From positions 55,800,001-55,864,000 of the forward strand of contig OX597825.1 in NCBI GenBank assembly GCA_951406725.2: DNA of 64,000 nt, in the 5' to 3' direction. This document shows, piece by piece, positions 31,424-44,769 of the stretch. Made by a program: the position numbers and the translations under genes. The stretch is from Octopus vulgaris. Lineage: Eukaryota. The notes beneath the pieces were generated by a model. It was not told where the DNA came from and searched no databases. It saw nothing but the letters and a program-made list of their open reading frames with translations. How positions within the stretch are numbered: the stretch's first letter is position 1; the number at the start of each line of letters is the position of its first letter.

Positions 31424-31896
31424 TCACTCACACGCACACTTCACTCACACACACACACATGTATATTTAAACACACTTACACTTTAAGAAAGTGACGACA
31501 CAATGAGTGAAGCAAAGTGAGTGCAGGTGTGTGACGAGGGTAACAGTGGAATGTGAGAAAAGAATGAGAATGAGGGTGAGTGAAGGAGAATGGATTGACG
31601 GAAGTGTAATTAGCAGAGGGGAGAGATTCGTTTGAGTGTAAGTGTAAGTGCGGGTATGCGCGAGAGTGTGAATGAGTGTAAAGTAAAATGAATAGATCAG
31701 ATATGGAGAATAAAAGTTATTGAGTGAAGTGTATGAGTGATAGGGTGAGTGAGAGTATGTGTGGTTGAGTGACAGAGTGAGTAAGGTCACTGAGTGTAAG
31801 GGTATTGAGTTCTAATACTGCTGCTGCTACTGTGAGTAGGTTTGTGGGTATTCGCACACACAGACACTGAATGTGTGTGTGAAATTATTGATGTGA

Positions 31897-31972
<76 letters not shown>

Positions 31973-32336
31973 CAGTATCGGTGATAGGACGAGTGTCACA
32001 GAGATGAGTAGAAGTATGTGAGTGAGGCTTCTGGAGAGAGTGACTTTGCTGCTGCTATGTTTAGGAAAAGAGATAGAGAGAAATAGAAAGGGACAAGGGA
32101 ACATGTGAAGGTTTTAAGAGAGAGAGAGAGAGAGAAAGAGTGTGTGTGTGTGTGTGTTTATGTTTTGATGTGCATGTGTTTGTGTTTAAACGAGTGTGTG
32201 TTTATGTTTAGATGTGTGTGTGTGTGTGCTTGTGTTTATTTGTGTGTACACTTTTGTATGTAGATGCATGGGTCAATTTGTAGGGCTGGGTGAGAGATAG
32301 CAATAGAGTGAGAACACACACACACACACATACGCA

Positions 32337-32525
32337 GACATGCACACACACATACACAGGCACACACACACACATACACAGACATGGACACACACATACA
32401 CAGGCACACACACACACATACACAGACATGGACACACACATACACAGGCACACACACACACATACACAGACATGCACACACACATACACAGGCACACACA
32501 CACACATACACAGACATGCACACAC
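32337..32525. repeat. 44-bp minisatellite built from (CA)n, about 4.3 copies
   Basis: GACATG recurs at 32337, 32381, 32425, 32469 and 32513. Confidence 0.9.
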
Positions 32526-32731
32526 ACGCACACACACGCACACATACACTGACACGCACACACATGCGGTGTTGTTTTAAGGCATGGAAGCACAAATCAG
32601 TTACCTAGGGCCCTTACAAGTTTAGGGTCCCAATTCTGATCTAAGAATGCTATTGGTTTGCTGTTGGTAAGTACTACAGGGTCCAGTGCATCTAACTGGT
32701 CAAGTGCCTATAATTCTGGCAGATCACCATG

Positions 32732-32850
<119 letters not shown>

Positions 32851-33544
32851 GTATGTGGGCGTGTGTATTCATGTATATATATATACACACACAGACATAT
32901 ATATATGCACATATATACATATATATATGCATACATACATATATATACACATATATATATGCATATATATATATATATACATATACATATACATACATAC
33001 ACACACACACACACACATATATATGGGTTGGGATGCCTTCCAAAATATAATTCCGTTCAGAAGCAAGATCTCTTATAGGAATAGAAACCGACATCAGCAC
33101 ACGGCTGGTTGTCTATTTTATTAACCCCGGTAGAATGCATGTATGACGTCATAACCCAAGAAATATTAATTCTCAAAAAATTACTCTCTTGGTGAACAGA
33201 AGAATTAAATTCTAAAATAGCAATTGTACTCTCCCCTTCTCTTTCTCTCTCCCCTACTCTCTCTCTCTCTCTCTTGCACTTTCTCTTTCTCTCTCCCTGT
33301 CTCTAAAATTTTGACGTCACTATTAAAACCACTGATGAGTTCTAATTATACCGAAACATGTCAAAATACTGATATGGATCGGACACTGCTTATTACGTTT
33401 TGTATTTAATTTGTATGTATATGTGTTGATGCGTGTCTGTGAAAGAGAGGGAGAGGGAGAGAAAGGAGGGGACAGAGGGGAGAGAGAGAAAGAGAGAGAA
33501 AAAAGAGAGAGAAAGAAAGAGAGAGAAAAAAGAGAGAAAAAGCA

Positions 33545-33800
33545 TTGTGGTGTGGTGAAAGACTCCGCTCGGCAATCAGGATGTCCCGTGTTCAAATCTA
33601 CGACACAAAACCTTGAGCTTGTGTTATCTTTCTCATAGCCTCTGAATGATCAGAATCTTATGAGTAAAACAGGACAGACCGAGGCCGATCATCTAGACTG
33701 TATCTATAGTTAAGGGGGTGGCCAACGTTGTCACACTCTATCACACTCTATCACCCCGATTATTTCTGAGGATTGCGTAAAAGGGTTTCTTGTCTATGTT
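33545..33800 (+). mobile_element. Decayed tRNA-derived SINE
   Basis: A-box-like TGGTGTGGTGA and B-box-like GTGTTCAAATC followed by ccttgagc. Confidence 0.45.
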
Positions 33801-33999
33801 ATGCTCAACCACGTACATCATAAGGCGGACTGTACTTGAAAATTAAAACGCCAGCTTTGTCACTGCGTCATACCGATTCTTCCTAAGAATTACAGCTGTC
33901 TGAAATATCAAGTCTTGTCATACACTTAATTACACTGAATCTACCTGATTTTACGTTAAGTGTGCAAGTCTTTTAGGAATACTTAGTATTCTAACTGAC

Positions 34000-34507
34000 C
34001 TTCCGTCGATCCCGACGACGCGGGTTCCAGTTGATCCGATCATGAAATTAACGTGCAAGTCGCTGAGCACTCCACAGACACGTGTATCCTTAACGTAGTT
34101 CTCAGGGAGATTCAGCGTGACAGAATGTGACAAAGCAAGCTGGCAGAAACGTTAGCACGCCGGGCGAAATGCTTAGCGGTATTTCGTCGGCCGCTACGTT
34201 CTGAGTTCAAATTCCGCCGAGGTTGACTTTGCCTTTCATCCTTTCGGGGTCGATTAAATAAGTACCAGTTACGCACTGGAGTCGATATAATCGACTTAAT
34301 CCGTTTGTCTGTCCTTGTTTGTCCCCTCTATATTTAGCCCCTTCTGGGCAATAAAGAAAGAAGAATATGACAAGGCTGGCCCTTTCAAATACAGGTACAA
34401 CTCATTTCTGCCAACTGAGCGGACTGGAGCAATGTGAAATAGTGTATCCTGCTTACAGATACAATGCACCACCGGGGATCGAACTTTCGACCTTACAGTC
34501 GTGACCC
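34000..34507 (-). mobile_element. tRNA-derived SINE (host) interrupted by a younger SINE
   Basis: Related to the 42418 copy (ctgagcggactggagcaatgtgaaat...ggatcgaac); split at 34133/34362. Confidence 0.75.
34134..34361 (+). mobile_element. Meta-like SINE nested in another SINE, 12-bp target-site duplication
   Basis: Near-identical to the 8611 copy. Flanked by AGAATGTGACAA (34122-34133) and AGAATATGACAA (34362-34373). Confidence 0.9.
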
Positions 34508-34569
34508 AGAAGCTTTGGCATTTTTTTGTTTTAGAATATAGTAATTTTAGCATATCGTTACTATATATC

Positions 34570-35279
34570 TAAGCTGACCGGCCAACTTTTTATCCGAGAT
34601 TGAAGAAGGCGGTTGCTTGTCACTGCTGATTAGTTTGTAGAATGCAGCCAGAATGAGGAGACAATTTGTTGGAAGCTCGCTTTGAAATAAAGTTTTGTGT
34701 TAAAACGAACAAAAATTGTACAGAAACGTATGGAATATAACAGAATGCTTATGGATGGATATGTATTAGCCGAGCATCTGCTTTTTACTGGCATAAGAGG
34801 ACAGGTAAAGCAAATCACTGGGAAGGTCGTCATGATGATGCATTTTTGTCGCCAGCAAGGATATCATCTACATTCCCTCTGGCCAAACAGTCAAACAAGA
34901 GAACTCTTAGTAGAGGTTTTGGTGAGTTCAGGAAGAGATTTCATTGCAAAAAGGTCAGAGTACCTGCAGCAGGACAATTCCATCCTGGAAACCAGTTATG
35001 TCATCGAGATGGGCATCACAACTCCCTACAATCCAGACCTTGCTCTCTGTGAATTTCGGTTGTTTCCCAAGCTGAATATGAATGAGGCTGTAAGAAATTC
35101 CCTGGAGACGTTCCTTTGGGGCACCTCCACGGGGCCTTCATGAAGCGGCTGGGCCGCAACAGCAAGTAAATTGAAGTCAGAGGATCCTAATTTGAAGGAG
35201 ATTAGAGATTTGTACTTCTTTGAAATTAATAAATAACTCACTTGAAAATTGCTCAGAACTTTTAGTATGCACCTTATAC
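34570..35279 (+). pseudogene. Heavily deleted mariner transposase relic
   Basis: Fragments IKFCVK, QQDNS and PYNPDLALCEFRLFPKL (cf. PYSPDLAPCDFWLFPKL); mariner-like right end. Confidence 0.7.
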
Positions 35280-36011
35280 ATTAAGGATGCACGTGTTTTT
35301 GGAATGACAACCCCTTCTCACTCTCTACCACACTAATCTGCTTGAGAAGTACGGTAAGTATTCATGCATCTGCTGTATACTCAACCACGTTAAATGTTAC
35401 TTCAATGAGGAAGTAATTCATTTGACTGAATTACCGGACTTCGTGAAACTGAGGGATGTCCATGGGAGTGTGAGTGAGTTATTAAATGATTGCAGTTTAA
35501 TGGTGCTTTTTAAAAAGATTTAATCCATGGAGAATATTCTTGATTCCTTCTTAAGACCTGAATTCAGTCATGTTACTGTAGAGGTTTCTTATGAACTAGT
35601 TCACACTCGGAGCGAAAAGAAGCAACTGGCAACAATGATTTTTTTATGATTAAAAAGCAAGGTTTTTATCCATTTATCCATCCCAATGCTTTGAAATTTA
35701 ATTTTAAATATTTAACATTTAAAAAAGGTTATGTAAACAAAGTAAACTAGTACCTAAATATTTTGCTAGATTGAACCTTCGGGCTAAGATAATGTGCCCT
35801 TCCCCTCCTTTGGTCAGTTGAAGTTTAGACAGTGTCACGTGATAACTAGCTGGTGAGTATTTAAAGGGAAATTTGGCAGGATGGTCAGTCACCCGCTGAC
35901 ACTTGTTGATGCTGCATCAAAGAGGTGTGAGTAAAACCGTTGCTATTTGCAGTACGTGTGACCAGTAAAAACCTGCGTCTGTTTATTGATGAGAATACAT
36001 GTGAGGGTCAG

Positions 36012-36219
36012 TTGGCGAGCTGGCAGAATGGTAAACACTCTGAGCAAAATGCTTAACGGCATTTCGTTGGCCCTTTTGCTTTCTCAGTTCAAATACTGAC
36101 GGGATCGACTTTGCTTTCCATCCTTTCAGGGAATATAAACTAAGTACCACAGGGGTCGATGTGATTGACTTTCCTCCTCTCCCGAAATGACTGGTTTTGT
36201 GCCAAAATTTGAAACCAAT
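36012..36219 (+). mobile_element. Decayed Meta-like SINE
   Basis: ggcgagctggcagaatggta...cagttcaaat...gactttgctttccatcctttc. Confidence 0.75.
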
Positions 36220-36652
36220 ATAATGTATAAGGGAACGTAAATATAAGTCTGAGCACTTTTATATACGCGCGCGTCATTCTATGTATGTGTGGGTTCTGTG
36301 TCTGTGCAAAGAAAAAACTTGTAAGTGGAGTGTAGTTACAGCGATGTATGTGGGAATAAAGGAGATTAATGGCTGTGAGTGCAGTTACTGTTAGTTGAGT
36401 ATTTAACAGAGGGAGGAAATGAGAGAAAGACAAATATATATATATATGTAGAGAGAGAAAACGAGAGAAAGAGGGACTCGATGTATCTCGCGACTCAAGT
36501 TCCCGCTACTGCGATCTTCAGGCGAGAACAGTGATGTAAAACTCAAGTCACTAAACAAACTCTCATATTTTGTTCAATGCAAAGAAGCCATATCCTCCAC
36601 AACATGTATTGAGCACGTCTCTCACTCACCCGTTTGGACTAACTTAAGTTTA

Positions 36653-36684
<32 letters not shown>

Positions 36685-36859
36685 CATGCATACTTGCAGG
36701 CATGCAAGCATGCATACATACATGCATACATAATACACACACGCGCGCGTGCATATATACCAGGTAATTTAATATGAATAGTACAAATAAAAAAAAGAAC
36801 ATACCTGTGTTTACCTTTTGGTGTTATAATAAATATATTTCAAAACTACGGATGTAACA

Positions 36860-37275
36860 TGACAGGTTAACACTTTAAGATTTTACTAATAATCACAGAT
36901 GTTCAATGTAAGCACTCTTTCCAGCACAAGAGACGTATACACGATAGTCTGGTTCTTTCCACGCCCGTACCAGTATAGTCTGACCGACTGAGTCTGCCAC
37001 GTTGCCTATCTGCTGCTTTAACTGCAGTGAGTCCTGTGGAGGCAGGGGTATGAATACCTTGTCTTTCAGATATCTGTAAAGGAAAAAGTCGCAAGGCATT
37101 AACTCGAAGGACCTGGGGGCCTGGTCGTCAATGCAAATCATCTCCCACAGCAGGGCTAACCAGCGTTCTGGACGTTGCTTGTGAAAGTAATCGTATATAT
37201 GTCTATACCAATATGGCGGACCCTGTCTTGCTGCACAGTGAAGTTGAATAAGTCTTCTTCTAACTATTTGAAGAA
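36860..37275 (-). pseudogene. Tc1/mariner-superfamily transposase C-terminal relic
   Basis: PRSFELMPCDFFLYRYLKDKVFIPLPPQD..LKQQI...IEHL resembles WPPRSPDLTPCDFFLWGYLKDKVF...IEHL. Confidence 0.8.
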
Positions 37276-37296
37276 AAAGATAAAAAAAATAAAATA

Positions 37297-37546
37297 GTTA
37301 ACTTTACCATTTCGAGTCATACCGACTCATAAGGGCTGGTTTCCCGGTTTCCAACGTGTATATATTCACTACCTGGACGCGTATATATTCATCACCCGTC
37401 GCAGGGTTACTCACTTTTTGCCACTGGAGAAGTGTGAAATGAAGTGTTTTGCTCAAGAACACAACGCGTAGCCCGGTCCAGGAATCGAAATCACAATCTG
37501 ACGACTATGAGTCCAGCACCCTAACCACTAAGCCACTTACCTCCAC
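37297..37546 (-). mobile_element. tRNA-derived SINE
   Basis: Minus-strand head GTGGCTTAGTGGTTAGGGTGCTGGACTCA...TTTCGATTCC followed by ttcttgagcaaaacac. Confidence 0.8.
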
Positions 37547-37634
37547 TTTCTTCCAATCGTGGCAACAACCAAATTACAAAGCATGCTGAGGTAGATACAC
37601 AATTTTTTCTGTGCCATTCATTTGAAATTACCCC

Positions 37635-37702
<68 letters not shown>

Positions 37703-38102
37703 CTCTATCTATCTATCTATCTCTATCTTTTTCTCTCCTCCTGCCTCTCTTTCCTTCCTTCTCTCTCTCACCCACACTCTCTCTCCCACTCTCTCTCTCT
37801 CTTTGCATATATATATAATGGAACACTATGCGCATTCCTATTATTTTTTTAGTCATTGAGTAGAATATTCAGCAGAATACTTTTTGTACGATGTCTCTTT
37901 TCTCTTTCTTTGTCTTTCTTTTGCCTTCCTCCCTCTCTAACACTTTTTTCTGTGTTGCTTCTGTCCCTCTGTCCACCACCACTCTTTCTCTCTACTCCCG
38001 CTACTACGAGGCCCGTGACCATTCACAGCTCTCTCGTCCATTTTCCTTTTCGCCTCACTTTTCACTCGATCAGTCACGCTTCTCTCTGCTCCTCCACAAC
38101 AT

Positions 38103-38308
38103 TTACTTTCCAGCACAACCTTTCTTGTTTCCAGTCCTGCAGGACATTTTCCTTTGCGCTACTCCATATCTTTCCAAGTTGCTGCCGAACGGCCTTCTTT
38201 CGTTGTGTTGTTCGCATACCAACATTTTGTCGTGTTTGTTTTCTTCATAATTTTGTACGTTCGTTAGCCATTCCCAGTAGCTTCTCGTCTCTGGCGCCAC
38301 TGATACCA
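38103..38308 (-). CDS. Candidate phase-1 acceptor (possibly terminal) exon
   Basis: taacaattttgcgcctttacag|TG GTA TCA... Only the phase-1 frame stays open for long (67 codons, VSVAPETRSYWEWL...GCAGK*). No homology recognised. Confidence 0.25.
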
Positions 38309-38450
38309 CTGTAAAGGCGCAAAATTGTTATGATCTCTTGTACGATGGCTGATAAGGAATTAGCTACGTCTTACATATGAATTTTCTATGTTATATGTTT
38401 GTTAAATTTTTGAAAATTATGTATTATAGTATATAGTATATATATATATA

Positions 38451-38525
<75 letters not shown>

Positions 38526-38588
38526 TAAAAACGGTAAGATAACAAAAGAAAGAAAGAGACCTCAATATTATGTAAATAGAGAAAATTT

Positions 38589-38704
38589 ATCTGTAATATA
38601 ATATGTGACAATTATTCAATAGCCAAGATAAAACTCTGAGTTTCGGATGCCGAAAACTCAGAGTTTTATCTTGGCTATTGAATAATTGTCACATATTATT
38701 TTAT

Positions 38705-38708
<4 letters not shown>
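38589..38708. repeat. Fold-back inverted repeat, 46-bp perfect stem, between (TA)n tracts
   Basis: 38598-38643 is the exact reverse complement of 38654-38699. Confidence 0.95.
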
Positions 38709-38761
<53 letters not shown>

Positions 38762-38762
<1 letters not shown>

Positions 38763-38805
38763 GGCGGTGCATCAGCATGGCCGCAGCTCTGAGCTGGAAC
38801 TAGAG
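38762..38805 (+). mobile_element. Very short stub of the CR1/L2-group LINE 3' tail
   Basis: CGGTGCATCAGCATGGCCGCAGCTCTGAGCTGGAACTAGA matches the reverse complement of 62017-62057. Confidence 0.7.
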
Positions 38806-39144
38806 AAAAAATATATATATATATATTTGCATTTATGCGCTATCTGAGTATATTCCACATATGAAGGCAGAGCATATCTTATGCAGAGTCAGAAATCCGG
38901 GATCTGGAATTATCCAGTAATTTTTTTGCTAGTGTATTTTGTCTCTTTGTCTTCTATCCTGGTGCTGTATGGACATTTAATGTGGTTTTAGAGTCAAGTT
39001 TTGGCGGCTGTTATAATTTTAATAATACTTATTAGTTTTGAAAATTTTTATTCCCATGTTGGCCACCTGATAAGTTCGGTATTTAAATGACGATCTTATC
39101 TTTATTTATATAAATTTGTGTATATATACATATATATATATTAT

Positions 39145-39330
39145 TTCTATTACTTCTTTCAGTCATTTGACTGCGGCAGTGCTGGATTTTAGTTGAAGAA
39201 ATTGACCCCAGGACTTATTCATTGTAAGCCTAGTAATTATTCTATCGGCCCCTTTTACCGAATCGCTAAGCTACGGACACACAAACACACCAGCATCATT
39301 ATAAAGTGATGGAGGGACAAACACAAACAC
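39145..39330 (-). mobile_element. SINE 3' half (same family as 14205-14605)
   Basis: ttcagtcatttgactgcggc...gaccccaggacttattc...gtaagcctagt. Confidence 0.75.
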
Positions 39331-39704
39331 ACACACACTCACACACACATAAATGCACACACACACACACACACACCGGTCCGAACTCTTGGCCATAACA
39401 GGAGATTACGACTGGGTTCAGCGATTGGTATACACATGATCTAATTTTCAGCAATGGATTTCTCGAAGAATTTGACAATTCCAAACGTAAAAACTAACCA
39501 TAGAATCGAAACAACTCAGAGCCTCATCAAAGGTAGATAACCGTGTTCTCAATCACTGATGAGGTTCGAAATGATAAAATTGTTACAATCTCGGCTGATC
39601 ACTCATTTTACGTCCACAATGGCTTAGTGCATAAAGGAAAGATACTTTTACACTTCTCTCCCTCCCTCCTCTCTCTCTCTCTCTTTATATATATATATAT
39701 ATAT

Positions 39705-39767
<63 letters not shown>

Positions 39768-40024
39768 ATTACACATACATAACATATACATCGATACGTA
39801 TAAGTATTTTGTTGGTTCTAACATTTATAATATATTCTAAAGTAAACTATAACATATGTACAGGTGAATGTATAACATATGTGTGTATATGTATATAATG
39901 TATGTATGTATCTGTGTGTAAATGTATATATCTTTGACTACATATATGTATGCATGTCTTTTATAATTATATATATTCATATGTACAAACACTCACTATA
40001 TACATATACATACATATACATACA

Positions 40025-40067
<43 letters not shown>

Positions 40068-40708
40068 ATGTATGTATGTATATATACTGTATATACATAC
40101 AGCCTTATGCTCCAATATCAATCAATTCAAATTTGTATTTGTACCGATATGTAAATATATTCAACAATAAAGGATATTCTTCAATATAGCAATATTGCAA
40201 TCACTAACTGTTCGTATTAATGTGCGTACGGAAGTATTTGCGCGTGCGTGATTGTGCTTCTATGCCTGTAAGTAGTTACGTATGTGCCACTATGTGTTTG
40301 GCTTTGTGTTTGCGCGTGTGCCTGTGACGTCAAGCATTTACGACATATCTACACATGTTTAAGTATACATATATGTATGTATGTGTGCATATAATTGTGT
40401 ATTTGTATATACAAATATATATATATATATATATACACGTGTATATACACACACACATATATACATATATGTATATATATATTATATATATATATAAACG
40501 TGTGCACATAAATATATTACCCAGACATAATGTACATAAAAAAACTTTACATACGTTCAAATTATACACACACATATATATGCACATATAATATATACAC
40601 ATTGTTCCCCACTCAGACAAATCTCTGTGTATTTATATATGCATATACATATGTATATATATATATGCATACATATATGTATACATATATATATACATAT
40701 ATGTATAC

Positions 40709-40804
<96 letters not shown>

Positions 40805-41281
40805 ACACTCACATTCAACTGTCTGTATTCTAATTTCCTTAAATATAAGTCTGTAGCGTATGTGTGAATCCATGTGTGCTTCCGTGTGTGTATTTGTGTG
40901 TGTGTGTGTGTGTTCCTGCGTGTGTGCCTGTCCGTATGTCTGTGTGTCTGCGTGTATGTATTTGTGTGCGTGGATAAACAATTAATTGCATTTTGCCATA
41001 GCCTCGGGTTATTCAAATCCTTGTGAATGAAAATTGTTAGAAGGAAACTATAGACTTAAATTATATACATACTCATTGTATATTATCTATAGAATTGCAC
41101 TGTATACACACTTATTATGTTTTAGCTATAGATTCCTATACACACTTATCATATGTGAACTATATACTTATATCATATACACGCTTATTGAATATTAACA
41201 AATAAGTTGAATGTGTATTATTGAGATATGAATTTATGCTCACACTCAAACATAAATATGGATACATATGCACGTACACAC

Positions 41282-41324
<43 letters not shown>

Positions 41325-41584
41325 TATATATGACGAATACTTCCAAATTTACACATTCCCTCACACATACACCCCATCTCATACACACGCTTACATCATT
41401 CCACTTTATGCCTGCAAAAACTCTGACATATGCCTCTGCATATCCACTAGGCATTGACCTCTGCATCATTCCCCAATTAATTTTTTAATTACTTTTTCCG
41501 TGTTTGTGACTTGTTAATTTTGAAAAAAATTCTTTTCCTCCTTTTTTTTGTGCCATTCTTTTTTCACACACTCACACTGTCACG

Positions 41585-41631
<47 letters not shown>

Positions 41632-42417
41632 CCTCTCTCTAACACACTACCAATTTCTTCTTTTCGTTGTGAGGAAGGACTAACGTCTGAAACATTACTA
41701 TTATACTCATCTCAATTTCTCAAGCAATAAAATAGTAGAAAGCTCGTGATAGGTTGTTCTTTGAAAGCGGCTCTCCAGTTGAGCCGTAGTTCAAGTAAAA
41801 TATACCATTAGTTGGTAATATTGGTCCTAGTACTTATTTTAAGCTCTCATATTTATTTTATAGTTCTTCATTTGTCGGTATTATGAGAAACTGGATTGTA
41901 AGTGTTACGAGCATCAATAGTAACATGTACACACACCAACATACACAGGAAGAACTTACGTCCTGCTTCCTACTACGAAATTTCACTCACAATATTTGAC
42001 TTTGCTCGGGGCTATTGTAGACGACATCCACTGACGGCATCACACAATGAGAACAAACTCGAAATTTCGTGGTTGCAAAGCAAATTTCACATAGATACGA
42101 CCGTCCATGTATATAAATATATTAAATATATGTATGTCATTATTCATTTGTATTTCAAGATCTCTTGCCAATAGAAAAAGAGCCGGTATCTAACCTAGAT
42201 CCCAGTCTCCTTCATTGGGATTTTAACAATATCAACAGGGTATTTTTGTATGTATGTATGTATGTATGTATGTATGTATGTATGTATGTATGTATGTATG
42301 TATGTATGTATTGTATGTATGTATGTATGTATGTATGTATGTATGTATGTATTGTGTATGTATGTATGTATGTATGTATGTATGTATGTATGTGTGTGTG
42401 TATGCATGTATGTATGA

Positions 42418-42575
42418 AGGCACGTGGCTTAGTGGTTAGGGCATTCGACTCACGATTGTAAGGTCGTGAGTTCAATTCCCGGCGAAGCGTTGTGTCCTTG
42501 AGCAACACACTTTATTTCACGTTGCTCCAGTCCACTCAGCTGGGATCCTCGTCGTCGTAACCGACTGAGTGCTCC
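42418..42575 (+). mobile_element. Internally deleted tRNA-derived SINE within (TATG)n
   Basis: A box TGGCTTAGTGG, B box GAGTTCAATTCC, then gtgtccttgagcaa. Confidence 0.85.
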
Positions 42576-42651
42576 TATGTATGTATGTATGTATGTATGT
42601 ATGTATGTATGTATGTATGTATGTATGTATGTATGTATGTATGTATGTATG

Positions 42652-42714
<63 letters not shown>

Positions 42715-43885
42715 TTGTGTGTATATTTCACATTCTTTGTCTTTAAGACACGAAATCTTTGTTAATTCATCTTTCGAAATTTGTTTCCATACCTCTCATG
42801 TCTAAATTGTTTTAGCAATGTATATGTGTCCGTGTTAACTAAGGGTCGAGGGAACTTTTTTTGTACGACGCATTTATAAATTTTCCTCCCAATGCCACAT
42901 GCACTTAAGACGCCTCTTAATTTGTTAAATAAATGCAATTTTTCTAAACGGAGGCTACCACTTGTCACTAAGAATCCAGGTTTCTTATCACTACTTTCAA
43001 ATTACGATATTATTTGTACACGTACTCGTCATGAAGCATATCTGAAACTAACAGAACTTCACCACAGAAATACATTTGCCTCTTCAAAATTCATATCACC
43101 TCCCACAATCTATATTGGAGTTCCTTAGCTCAATAGAGTGGATACAAACGATCATGCAATCTCTGCACCGCTTAAACTTTCAAATACCGCAATCACAATT
43201 CAGAAAGAACTTTCTTCTTTGAACATCATAGCAGCCTATTTGCCTGCTGTTTAAACGTATAATCTACTCGAAGAGGTTGACTATACTTGTATCGGAAACA
43301 TGACTGCATACACCACAGAATCATGTACTTTGGAATTTATGCCTAAATTCCTTTTCCTGATGTAAAAATATGCTATTTGATGAACAGTCCATTTCACTGT
43401 TTCTTATTTTGGCTTCACTTGCTCACATAAAAGTAATGAAAAAACTCCTAAGGAACATATAGATTTAGATCTTACTTATGCAGCCGAGCATCAAAGCTAA
43501 ACGAAACCAACCAGGATAAAAGAAACCATTCGCTTTTGTATTCTTGCACATCATTACGTTTATTTGTATATTTATTCGCTAACGCAAATAATTTAACCGA
43601 AACAAAAACTCAGAGTTATATCTGGAATTTTTATTCGCGGACACAGAGGCAAAAGAACGTTATTTCGGAGGAGTTCTAATCGATAATGAGTCCAAAATAT
43701 AAATGACAGCGTGAGTGAATAAACAAATAAATGTAAGTCACAGCAACGTATATGTACCACTAGTTATAAATAATGAATATTAGTCTGTCTGATGTTCCAC
43801 TACGTAGTCCTGTGTCAATAAGTATTGCGTATGGAAGATACTTTCTTATATAATCATTAATTATTCACCCATGTATTTATTAAAG

Positions 43886-43963
43886 AACTGGTTATGCCCA
43901 AGGTCTAAAGCAACTGGTTGTGCCCAAGGCCTAAAGCAACTGGTTGTGCTCAAGGCCAAAAAC
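43886..43963. repeat. 26-bp tandem repeat, 3 copies
   Basis: AACTGGTT(A/G)TGC(C/T)CAAGG..(T/A)AAA at 43886, 43912 and 43938. Confidence 0.9.
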
Positions 43964-44180
43964 AAGATAATATTCTTACATGTATTCATCTAAGAACTCT
44001 GCTAAAACTTATTCAAGTTCGTTGTCAAATTATATTTAGCATCTAAAAAACCAAAACACCAGTTACCATTTGAAATATAGTATCTTTGCTAAACTCATAT
44101 AATATACAGTTCTATATTGAAGAGATGAGGAATTATGTATGTTTTTGCATTATTTACATTGTTTATATTTAACGTATATT

Positions 44181-44224
44181 TGTCCTCATCTTGTTTGTTG
44201 TTAACAATAAACAAGATGAGGACA
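44181..44224. repeat. Loopless 44-bp palindrome with one mismatch and weaker flanking symmetry
   Basis: TGTCCTCATCTTGTTTGTTGTT|AACAATAAACAAGATGAGGACA. Confidence 0.95.
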
Positions 44225-44769
44225 TCTTCGTCAAATGTAAATATCGTCAAATGTAATTAATATAAATAATGTAAAAAATGTTCAATTTTGAACAATTTCT
44301 GTTCAAAATTTCTGAGCTCTTACCTTTTCACTTGATTTTGAATAAAATTGGGATGATAATTTCAAAACTACAATCAGTTTCCTTCTATCGTGTCAAATTT
44401 TTTTTCTACACCTTAGTCTCCGTATAAACACAATCGTACAGTTTGGCCGAAAGTAATAGGGCTGGTCAGATGCATTTATTATTTTAATAAGATTGGGGAA
44501 TGTTTTTGAAACAATGTTTAGTACTCAAGCTTTTTACAGTTAGTCCTACATAATTTGGTGGCCCTAAGTTCAGAAATACCCTCAGGAATTTTCTATCACG
44601 TCAAGATTTTTGTTAAAAAAGATTTCATTATTTACCAAAAAATGTCAATTCTTTGCATTAAATGCCCTGTACTTTATTTCTTAACAAATATATTAAATAA
44701 AATGCTTAATTACACATTTTGAAAAGATAACTTCGTCAAATTGGTGTTTCAGCTACTCAAGGAGTGAAC

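Noticed and set aside
38290-38315. LTR primer-binding site (TGGTATCAG on minus strand)
   Set aside because: Only a 9-nt match, with no paired LTR or gag/pol sequence.
39556-39575. Minimal hammerhead CTGATGAGGTTCGAAA
   Set aside because: No stem III/UH cleavage site positioned to allow stem I closure.
42890-43330. Possible LINE endonuclease relic (YDIIC, IIAAYLP)
   Set aside because: Motifs too short and degenerate to call by eye.
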